DNA of 64,000 nt from Antedon mediterranea (Eukaryota > Animalia > Echinodermata): the NCBI RefSeq assembly GCF_964355755.1, contig NC_092670.1:18152795-18216794 (forward strand). Reading direction: 5' to 3'. A program made the position numbers and the translations under genes. The notes under the pieces were generated by a model, which saw only the letters and a list, made by a program, of their open reading frames with translations, searched no databases and was not told where the DNA came from. Shown here in pieces: positions 40,701-53,000 of the stretch (its first letter is position 1; each line of letters starts with the position of its first letter).

Positions 40701-41040
40701 CTCAGCATTATGGAATTTACTTTCAGTCCACGTTGGTTTCTTAAATTTCAGTTCAATGCCGCATATCTATGCTTGAAATTACGTTTTCAATTAGATAATG
40801 TTACCCTTTTGTGAATAAGTTTAATTAATTGTGCTTCTCTCCTGGACTTGAATAGTGTTACCCCCTGTGAAGCTGCCAACAATAGTCATATTTCTCTCCG
40901 GGTGAGCTTGCTGTCTATCTGTAATCTTGTTCTGATTTATAGTGTTAAAGTGGATTCTTTAATAATGTTTTTTGATCACATAGAATCTTAGTTGACACAG
41001 ATTTTCATTCATTCTCATATCTTAATACCAATTATGAATT

Positions 41041-41071
<31 letters not shown>

Positions 41072-44000
41072 CTTTATTTTAACACGGAAAAGCTTGTCAC
41101 CATAACCATATCTACTTTTTGTAATGCTAGAAACTGTGCAACCAATAAGTTCAGAAATGTTTTATTTGTATGAATAGATTCACCTAGTGGAAAACATTTA
41201 ATACTACTGTAGTATTATGCAAATCTGTTCTAAATAATTATGATAAATACTAGTCTTGTAATGCACCTTTTTACAATTAATGTTGCGTATCCTGTCAGCA
41301 TTTCGAATATAATATTTATGAATAGTATTACCTCTAGGGGAAGAAATGGGAACAACTTAAACTTAGAGTTAGGATTCAAAATTGATTTCAAAGGATATAC
41401 AACGGTCTCTACGACTTTCACTAATGTGTGTTCTTATAAGACAATAACCTATGGTTACCTTTGTAATAAATAGTATATATACAGTAATTGTTTTTTTTTC
41501 ATATTGACGGTCTTCTATACATGACAGGAGCTTGATGTAAAATAGAACCTATTACCAAATGCAAGGTATGATAGCTTACACAGTCGGCTCCTCTGTAGTT
41601 GATATTTAATATATATAATTGGCCCTTAAGGCTTTCCATAGATAGGGATCCATTCATAATTGTCCCCTTAGGCGTTCCATAGGTAGAGATTAAATTTTTA
41701 GTTTGTTCAGTTAATGTTGATTAATAGTAGTTTCTAAGAAATTATTAATTGAATTTAGCAACAATACTTGAGGTAAAACCTTGTTAGAATTAACTTTCAT
41801 AATCTTGGATCAACCTTAATCTGGTGGATCTATCATATTTAATTGATATTCAGCATTGTATTAAATCAAAATCAGGTAGTAATCCTTCAAAGTCCCCCTT
41901 CACCTACATACTTTCAATGGCTTAATCCCCATGGTTGACTTGAGGAAATAATGTAACTCTTCAGAATGATTTTCAACTTCCAAACTATTTCAAAATATAT
42001 ACTGTATTATAATCCATAGCCACGATGGTTTTACGGATCAGCAAACCCCTTGTTTTCCTGAAGTTTCTTTTTCAAACTACTGTTGATATCAGATATGATG
42101 TAGCTTTACCGGAAGTCAAAATGTGATCAAATCCTATTTATTTCTGGCTCATTTTTTAGGTAGGATTTCTCTTATCAGAGAAAAATAATTTCTATTCAAC
42201 AGTTGCCTGTCTGCTCTTGATGAAAAAAGAAATACAGAAATTGATAGAGTACATCTGTAACCATTGACAAGATGAATGCAGCAATAGTAGTAGACTCATC
42301 CATTAAACTGTTTAATGATCAACTTAACACCCAACAGTGAGTTGGTAAAATAATACATTAATCAAAAAACAACAGGTTAGATTATTTAGATTAGCTGTGT
42401 GGCACAGGTAAATCATCAACACAGGTGACAATGCTTAACACACCTGAGTTTAAAATTCAGGTGAGAAGGTTTACTACACCTATATTAGGAATATTAAAAA
42501 ACAAAGAAGAAACCTACTGTAAAGCTTTTTTATACTAGAAAGTTTAGTAAACCTCTACTTAAAAGTTTTGTAAACCTTTACTAGAAGGTTGAGTAAACTT
42601 TACTCAGAAAATTTGGTAAATTTTACTCGGAAAGTTTGTTAAACATTTCTTCGGAAAGTTTGGTAAACCTTTACTAGAAAGTTTGGTAAACTTTAACTCA
42701 GAAAGTTTGGTAAACCTTCACTAGAAAGTTTGGTAAACCTTTACTAGAAAGTTTGGTAAACCTTTACTAGAAAGTTTGGTAAACCTTTACTAGAAAGTTT
42801 GGTAAACCTTTACTAGAAAGTTTGATAAACCTTTACTAGAAAGTTTGATAAACCTTTACTAGAAAGTTTGGTAAACCTTTAGTAGAAATTTTTGTAAACC
42901 TTTGTAGAAAGTTTGGTAAACCTTTACTAGAAAGTTTGGTAAACCTTTAGTAGAAAGTTTTGTAAACCTTTACTAGAAAGTTTGGTAAACCTTTAGTAGA
43001 AAATGTAAAGTTATGTAAAAAGGCCATATACATGGCTGCAGTCGCGTGCTCAAGTTAGTGTTTACTGACCGACCGACCAACCGACCGACATAGTGAGCTG
43101 TAGACTAGCTCGCGACTAAAAATCTACTAGGAAAATTCGGAAAACATTTAGTACAAAGTTTACTTTACTCGAAAAGTTTGGTAAGCCTTAAGGTTTACAT
43201 TAGGACGATAACAATTGACAATAAATACATTTTTCTGACATAAAAAAAATAAATTGGAAAAGTTTTTGTTTTAGAACTATAGGAAAATCATTTATACTAT
43301 CATTAAGAAAAATAATATTTTTAGAAATCCGATCAAATGACTTCATGATCAATAAAAACAATAAAATCGTTGTATTGCCGCGATATTATTGCTTTTACTG
43401 ATCGTGACGTCATTTGATTGGACATGTGAAAATGTAATTGTTATCATAGGCAGCATATATGATTCTCCTATAGTTCTAGGATGAAAATTGTTTAGATTTC
43501 CTTTGTTTTATGAATGAAAAATGCATATTTATCTATTTATCATCAATCGTCCTAGTGTAAATGGGACTTTACTCGGAAAGTTTGATAAACTTTTGGTAAA
43601 CTTTACTCGGAAAGTTTAGTAAACCTTTACTTGAAGGTTTTGGTAAACCTTTACTAGAAAGTTTAGTAAACTTTTTTTAGGAAAGTTTGTAAACATTTTC
43701 TAGAAAGTTTAGTAAACTTTACTTGGACAGTTTGGTAAACCTTTAATAAAAAGTTTGATGAACATTTACTAGGAAAGTTTTGTAAACCTATTAGAAAGTT
43801 TTTTACTACCTCATAACATAAATGTTCTCTTAAAGATTGTAATAAACTTTAATAGTACTCTGTACCAAATGTGGCTACAAGGCGGAATCAATTAATAACA
43901 ATATCAATCAATAACAATGCAAAATGTATATACATAGCAGTTTAAAGATATAAATCTGGTATTATTTTGAATCATCTTTACAAGCCCACACAAAATGTCC

Positions 44001-47000
44001 TGCTTTTGGTCAAAGTAATATTAAAACATCATCAAAATATCAAAATTTACAGCATGTGAAAATTACTTGCATTGCAATATAGGTGTGTGGTAAATGGAAT
44101 TTCATAAATTGTGTCCTTGATAAGATAATATTGTACGGTATTAATAAAAGATTGAATGATCATCATATGACAGTTTATTTTGGGAATGACACAACTTGCT
44201 TTTACAGCCATGGACAGGTCACCACGTTTTATTTTATGGAAAGATCAGAGAAATAATGAGATTTCAGTTTTGTGTAAAGTAAATAAATTAATATGCATGG
44301 CTCAAATTTATATTATATTGTTGATTACTTAAACACAGCTCCCGTAGCTATAAAATGCATTGTGAACATCACACAGACTAATTTAGGGAAAAGAGATGCT
44401 TAATTAATCTTTTGTAGGTGGCTGTTAAATAAACTGTATTCAAAGTGGAAGGCTGTATCCAAAACACTTCCAAGTCTTTTACTTTTGTTATGAATTAAAA
44501 TATAGCCTTTAAATAAAAGGGTTCAAAATTTAGCAAAATTCTTTCTACCCATACCTATACATATTATTGGAATATGCTATATAATGCTATAAAATAAAAT
44601 ATTATGGTATACTACAATCAACATGGTATACCAGAATTATTTATCATATCTTTGCATTTGCATATTTAATTTGATTATTATTAGAACTTAAGACACATTT
44701 AAATTGCTATTTTATTGTAGTATAACTGCTAAAATATTATATTTTAATCCTTTTCTGATGCTTACAAAAGAAACAAAATACCAATTAGTTTAAAACAAAA
44801 TAAACATGAAGCATGACAATTTAAATCTCCATTCCAATCATCATTTGTCTTTATATAAAAGAGTGTGATATTGCAAAGAACCTAAACCACAATTGCCTCT
44901 GTAGATGTAACAGGCATAGGGTACTGGAAATGACCACAATGTGTAGATACCTCCCCCGCAAAGAATGGACTTGTCACTTAAAGCTATTCCATTTCCATGT
45001 CACTTAAGCCCCGCCTACTTCTGTCACTGTCATACTGTGAACCAATCAGCAGGCTCAGAATTATGAGGCTTGAGTTGTGTAGAGCCTTGGAAAGTAATCA
45101 CACATTATCACACTAGGACCAGCACCACCAATCAGCCTGGGTATTATCTTTCTGTTGTACAAAACTTTTTTGGTTTTTAAAGTTATATAAAAGACATTAT
45201 ATCAACATTGAAACTGGATTTAAAACCACAGTGACAGGTCGACTAAGTTGGATTATTTCAACCGAAAAAGCAGTGGAACTTTCAATCATGCCTACTTGCT
45301 CGGCATTTGTGAATTTTCGTTGCGAAGCAACTAAAAGAAAAATTATGGAGAGCAAATTCTTAAGTGAAAATAATTGTGCGTTACGAAGGACTTTATCAGC
45401 AGGGCGCAAACGACGGAATGGCCAGGTAATATCTCGAAAAGTTTATCTGTAGGAGATCTAGAAACAAAACAAGTATAAGCTCAGTCAGTCAACTTAATAG
45501 TCTATTTTGTACTTAAAATTATTTAAAAAGATGTTATTATTTTACAATTTATTATATTTTGCTATGTCTATTTTATTTTTTTAGGTTTTAATCTTCGGTA
45601 CTTTAGTAATTTTTAGCTAGATATTTAAACATCAGTTTTACCATTACATTATACAAATCATGAAGAGGTGACGTGATGTAGAGACTTGGTACTAGCTAAG
45701 GTATAGCCTCTCTTCTGTGACAGATTAGTAGTATTGTCAACTCTAGTTCAAGGTCTGTTTTATTTCAGGTTTTCTGAATAAAGCATACAAGTGATCATAT
45801 TAATATTTATTGTATATTTCAGACTACATTGTCCTTGTCAATATTTGATTTATATGTAGTGAATTTTTTTGGCACCATGCAATTCTATTTTTATGTTGTG
45901 TGTTATACACACTAGTTAGTGTGTTGTGCTTGGTAGGCCCTATTGATAAATTTTAATGAAATATCGGGTTGTCAGTGAAATAAGATAAATTAAAAAAAAC
46001 ATTCACAGATTTCTTGATTAATATAAATAATAAAAGTATATAGTTAGAAGGTATTATCAGTGTGAATTGATGATATATCACATGAGTTCACTTTGTAAAG
46101 TTGTAGTAATTTAACATTATTTTTTAACAAAATCCTAAAATAGAAATAAATTTTAATATGATGTGGTGCATTATGATTATTCTTCTTCATGTCCATAGTA
46201 TCCCTCTTAAAATACATGATGTCAATTGTCATCTCATGACTAATACCTTCCAGGGGCTACCTTTGTTTCTCTACATATCTACCCCTCTAGACAGACTAAC
46301 TCACAACCTATATCTGCTCAACAGACTACCTATTTCTATGCTATTACCCAACCATTCTTCACTTTTAGTTTGTTACCCTCTTCTTTCAGATCTAACTTCT
46401 CCTGTAGACTTACTAACCACCTCCCCACTCACCTATCCCCCTCATTATTAGACATATCCCCCTCTCCTCAATTGTACTCTTTCTACAGCCTACAGCAGGC
46501 CTACCTTTCTCTGCAGCAGACCTATTTATCTCTCCACTCGGTTATCTTTCCCCCTCCCTTAAACATAATCATCGTCCTCAAAGCTACCTCTCTTCACAGA
46601 CTTTCTCACAAAGTCTTGCCTGCCTTTCCCTGATCTCTCTCACAATATATTCATCAATACTTCTGTAATTATATCACTAAAAACTGAACTATATATTGCC
46701 TTTGTAATACAGCTGCATTGTTCTATTTAAGATTCAAGGTTAAGTCAGTGAATGTGAAACGATGAGTGTTACCGTTACCTAGCGGGATGCTAACCTAGCG
46801 TAAATACCAGCTCTCCCAGCGTGTCAAAATTTTAATATGACACTGTTTAAAATTAATGGCCATGATCACTTATCCACTGCTAACATTGTTTTGTTTAATT
46901 ATCTCTTTTTGGTTATGTTTTACTTGGGTTTGTGTTTGGTTTTTTTTGTTGTCATTTTTGTTGGTATTTTTCAACAATGAATTCAAAATTATTACTAAAC

Positions 47001-50000
47001 TCAAGAAAATATTTTGTTGAAAATTTAATAATATCAACATTTTTTTATCTTGTTTCTTTTTAGGAGGAGTGTTTCTTTAGGAACCAAGATAATAAAAAAG
47101 ACCAGGAAACGTTACCATCTGAGAATTCAGTAAGTTTGTGTAATAAAACAAAATGCATTAATGTTTAGTCATTTTACTTACATACTTACTTTTTTATATT
47201 AGAACTAGTAACATTTTCGCCAGACTCCGACACTATTTTTAGGACACAATCCTTATTGTTGGTATTTGATGAATTTTGCATTCTCTGAATAATTGTACTA
47301 CTGTATAGCTTTTTCAAACATTTAAGACAAGGAATGACCTGGAATGACCTGGTTTAATATAATGTAATGTAAACGCATCATTTTTACAAAATGTAAACAA
47401 TTGCAGGGAAAGTGTCTTTAAGATCTAGACTACGTTCCATGTAAAAAAATACGAAACAAAGTAATCATTCATCAACGGATCCCTACATTTGGCTTGATTA
47501 AAGCTTGAAATAGCATAAAAATAAATGCTAAAAAATAGCTTCAAAATTCCTTTAAATTCATCATATGAATCTATCTCCTCGCTGTAAAATTTGCTCTTAA
47601 AATCAGAATTTTAAAGTCTGAACAGGTATTTAAATTTCTATTTATCAGTGCAATTTTAACCTCTATGCACTATACATCTTTAATCAGGATTAACATTTTT
47701 TCCTGGGAAATATCTAGTTTTTATATCTTGCTGACTAATCTTAAAACATTGTTGATTAATTTGACATGTTTTCCAAACTTGTATTCTTTATCTCACAATT
47801 GTTAGATTAAATCCATATCATATCAGAAATAGCAAAAGTTAGCTTCCAATCAGTTGCACAAAGTTGCTTTTTCTCACCGATAATTCACAATGAATTTTAC
47901 TCGTCAGTCATCAAGGGATGCCTACATTTGGCACATGGCCGCAATATCTCTACCTCTATTAAAAAGTCCCTAAAAAGCTAGGGAGGCACCTAACCTGGTG
48001 AGCAAACTAGCTAGGAATATCATTTATCATCTAGGCCTGCTCAAATGGATTTAAAGCTGTCAATTAACATTTAATCTGAGTGATGATCAATAAATCCTCC
48101 TGTTGGCTAGTAAAGGGAGATTGTACTCACAATCGATAGTATACTCTGGCAAATCAATTATTTCTAGGGTTTGAAAAAGGTTAAAAAGGGAGATGAAAAC
48201 TGTACAATTCTCACAAAGGTGCAGGATTGATTAAAGCTTGAAATAGCATAAAAATAAATGCTAAAAAATAGCTTCAAAATTCCTTTAGATTCATCATATG
48301 AATCTATCTCCTCGCTGTAAAATTTACTCTTAAAATCAGAATTTTAAAGTCTGAACAGGTATTTAAATTCATCATCTTCTATTTATCATGATTAACTTTT
48401 TTTCCTGGGAAATATCTAGTTTTTATATCTTGCTGACTAATCTTAATAAAACATTGTTGATTAATTTGACATGTTTTCCAAACTTGTATTCTTTATCAAT
48501 TCTTATTATTCTTCACAATTGTTAGATTAAATCCAGATCATATTAGAAATAGCAAAAGTTAGCTTCCAATCAGTTGCACAAAGTCGCTTTTTCTCACCGG
48601 TAATTCACAATGAATTTTACTCGTCAGGTTCCAGTCAAAGTCTACTGCGAAGATGGAAGTTGGAAAGTGAGCACAGTGATAGTGGAGCCTATGCATAGTG
48701 CAATGGATGTCTGTCGTATAATGGTAATGCAAAAGAACACAGTCGAAGATAAGAATTGGTCCTTAGTCGAACATCTTACAGATCAAGGACTCGGTAAGTG
48801 CATCATGTACATCTTTAGTGTTCCTTTTATACTGTATTATTCATTCTCAACTGAGGAACTCCACCAAGGTGCAACACCAATGATACTAAGATAGTAGACC
48901 AGTACACCGGGGTAACCCACATTTCTTCTGAAGGATGAACTGGATCCTCTAAAGTGCCTAAGTAAAATGAGTACACTAGTACTTACCGGTAAGTACTTTT
49001 CCTGGGAAGACTTGTTTTACCAGCCACCAGAAAAATGGCTATGTTTCGTTGTACCATGCCTTATTAACTGCCACTCAACTAAAAACGTTAATTCAATATA
49101 TGCTCAGTACGGCTTTTTCACCCAATTTTTGTACACAACATTTTAGGTTTTACTGCTTATGTTTTCATCAGTCCACCGAGACTAGTGAACCTAGTGTGTG
49201 TAATTGTGATTTACGACAAACTGGTATTTACACTTAATACCTTAGCATTAGAGCTATTAGTTGTCAAGAGTCCCTCATAAAACCCCATTGGCCCACTTAC
49301 CAGCAATCTTTGTGTCTCCTATCTTAGTCCTTATGGGCTGCTTGGTAGTCCTTCTGCTGTTGTGTACCTAATCAAGAGTTATTGGCAGGCACATTTAGCT
49401 GCGTAATTGAGGTGAAAACTTTTGGCCTCATTGTCTATTTTCAAGGGATATCTCTTCCAAAATAACATGTCATGTTACAACATTGTAAAACACCTTAGAG
49501 ATTTTTAAAAATGTTTGTTTTTTAACCCAGTTCTCTTCTGTTCTATAGTCCTAAAACCAGCGGAACTATGTGTCGGTTTTAATTTTTTTTATTATTCACT
49601 CAATTAAACCCGTGTGTACTCGGGTAGTGGTTTAGGTGAGAAGATAAACTGATACCTTCTTGGTGGTAACTTATTCACCCTGCCCCTTCCCCTTTGCTAA
49701 TCCCTTTGTCAAATCTTGCATTTGCTGGATAAATTATCAAATTTATTAACTTGAGAGTGGAATAAATAGTTTTCCTCCTTCTATAAATAGACCTGTCATT
49801 TATTTTTATCCTTATATCAAATACAATGAACCTGTTCTTTTACCAGTTTAGTGAGTACAAGAAAGTATATTGACAGACTTGTTTGTAACTGTATAACATG
49901 CACTATGTTTTGGTGCAGTATTTCTATACTAGATCCATAATCATCAATAAATATCATGTGTGTTTTTGTTCTGGTTTTCTCATCTTTTTGTAGACTGGTC

Positions 50001-53000
50001 TAAATCTTACCACTAGTTTCTGATTCATTCAAGGGCTAGCCTGCTTGTCTGGGGCTTAAAATACTGGTGTTCTCCAGCCTGCCAGCCTGCCTGTCTCGGG
50101 CTTAGTCTGGCTGTCTCTTGATCCCTGTCGTCTGCTGCTCCTGTAGACTGCTTAGGAGTTTAATCTTTCATTTAATGAATTAATGGATATTTTATTAGAT
50201 ACCATCTGTTATAGTAATTAAAACAAACAATACACTTATTTGATTTGATTCTTTAAAATCTAATTAGACTGCTAAATTGATAAACAGAATAAAAATATGT
50301 TTTGGACATATTTACTTCATTATTTCAAACAACATCCAAAATATAAGTATTTGCATTTAGTGAAATGAGGAATAAAATATGTCACACAATTCTTTATAAA
50401 ACACCTGCTAGTAATGATGTGTCAGTCTTGTGTTAGGTGTAGATGCCATGGGGTATGTGTAAAGTGAGTCAAAACGACCCCTCTACCTCACACTCTGTCA
50501 TTGCACTTGTTTTGTGAGCGCAGGTGAGAGTGCCCAGGATAGTCACCTAGCCAGGCTACCTGTCATGGTATTCTTTAAAGTGTGGTGCCTCTGGTAGTAA
50601 CCAATGAAATGGTATCTATACCAATCACTTGTCACCTATGTCCATCTGTAACCTTGCTTTATTTTAGGCAGGTGAGAGAATACCTGTAGGCTACCTGCGC
50701 AATTACCTGCCATTCAATTTATTCCATTACCTCAATTTTAATTTAATTCTCTTACTTGCATATGTTTACCTGTTGGCAACAATCTTATAGCCTTGATTGA
50801 TAATGAATAATGTTAAAACATAATATGTTGATATTGATTTTTCAGTGAAATTCTAAATTCATTAAACATTTTGTAACTTTTTTTTTTTTTAATGAAGTTA
50901 GAAAACCGTGTATATGACTCTGGTGTAGATAATCGCATAAATAAGCCTATCGTACTAGTCAATATAGGAATAAAGAGTTGCCTGCTGCTACAAATTTGTT
51001 TTCCTCACTAAAATATTTTTCCACTTGACTTTAAAACTGAAAAAAAAGAAATGAAACTGTTTCGATTATAAAATCACTTTTAAATCCTTGTGACGCCGGT
51101 TGCCAATGGAAAGGAATTAGTATTTGTCTGAATAATAGCTCTTTAATGAGATAGTTACTGGTTGATATGATATTCAGTTCATTAAAACGTTTACAAGGTG
51201 TGTAGAAATGAATACTTTACATTCTAAGGGATCATGTCAACATTATTCTACTGCAGTAACTGCAGTAACTACATAATTATTTAGCAAGCTTGTTTTCTTT
51301 TAAAATACAAACTGTTTACTGCAGTAACTGCCACATAAACCTCTACATTCAAACTAAAATCAAAAGGTTATTGTAGTGAAAAAATGTAGGATAACTGCAG
51401 TAAAATAATTTTTTATATTTATTCATAAGTGGAAAATTATTTCCATTTATTTTCATTTGCATATAAAATATACATAGAAACTATGTATAAATTATATTTA
51501 TGGTCCCTTTATCGCTTTGTAAGAGTTGAGACAAATATGATTCCAGAAAAAAAAACTTTAGACAAATTATATTTATCATTACTGTTACACGAGAAGTTTC
51601 CAATTTTTTTTTTCGTTGAATGATGTATAAATGACTAACTTAACGGTTAAGTCATGGCTTACGTGCACATGCCAGTTCATTGTAATTAAGCTCGAATACA
51701 TTAATTAAGTACAGTATCCGGTCCATTATAACTTGCGATGTTCTCGTCATTTGCAAATTTTATAATCATTGCACATAGAGGATTTGAATTTTACATCGCT
51801 AGATTTGATCCAAATTATGCTGCTAAAATTGACAATTGATCATCTGTGCGCTGTATTGACGCCAAACATGACAGGCTAGCATACTGAACTAGTTTTGAAA
51901 ACTGTGAATATTATGAGATATTCTTCATGAATATGTATAAGTTGTTGCTCGTATCAGGACATGCTATTATTAGGCCTGTGTCAACGTACATATTATAATC
52001 TTAACAACATATCATAATTTCTATAATTTTTATATAAAGTCTACCTACCTTATTGCAATCAAAATTCTGGGCCCACTCATGTTCACAGCTCAAGGAGTTG
52101 TACAGTATGCTTGTACAGTATTCTGGCTTTGGCACAAGACTGGAAGGTGTAAAATATCCTAAATAGGTCACACATTTCAAGCTAGTGCTTAAAGTTGTGC
52201 CGTCGATTCATATCTCCTTGTCTAATTAACTCATTTCTCATTCTAGAAAATAATAATTTACATTGAACCTTACTTTATTAACCATTAAACCTCAATACAA
52301 ATATAATTTCCTATCTAGGATATACTTTGTGGTAGAAATTGATGAAATCACTGTGGTTTCTGTGAATTCTTAGCAGGGGGTTAGCATGGACAATGACCCC
52401 GCTGGATGCCAGGCAGGGGGAGTGTCATCGGGTTCTATGACATTTTGCCCATTAAAGCTTACAATAGTATAATTCCACGAAGGAAGTCAAATACAGGTTG
52501 CGTTGAGAAGGAAATTGATTTAATTAAACACGTGGCTGTCATGGTCATGGGGCTTATAGCAGCTGAGGTTGACAGGCCTTCTATATGCCTTCATGTCAAC
52601 ACATAATCCCTGGATGGATCAAACACTTCTAGGAAAAAAATGCATTTAAATGTGTTAACATCAATGTTAAACTCTCTTCTTTCCTTTAACACATGATATT
52701 CACTCTTGTCTTCGGTGAGCTTGATTCTTTAAATTGGATTAGTTTCTAATGTTGATGTAGATACCACAAACTCAATTGCAAGCTTTTTTGTGGATGGTAA
52801 ATATTAAGAACAAGCATGGGGATAAAATACTTTCGCGATAATGAACGAAACGGGGCATACTTGGCTTATACACATTCATAGATTAATCTTATGTATGAAA
52901 TTACTGTTTCTTCATATTTCCATCCTGAGACCTTGCTATCGTTCAGAACACAAAAATGGACTGGCCCTCTCGGATGTGACCTTCTTAGGACCACTGGCCA

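Larger units (their letters stand above)
42525..43800. repeat. 23-bp minisatellite AGAAAGTTTGGTAAACCTTTACT, interrupted by two insertions
   Basis: Homogeneous core at about 42650-43000 with diverged edges; array resumes at 43125-43188 and 43568-43800. Confidence 0.92.

Noticed and set aside
46158-46633. Leu/Ser/Pro-rich ORFs (also 30983-31285)
   Set aside because: C/T-rich low-complexity DNA that lacks stops for compositional reasons.
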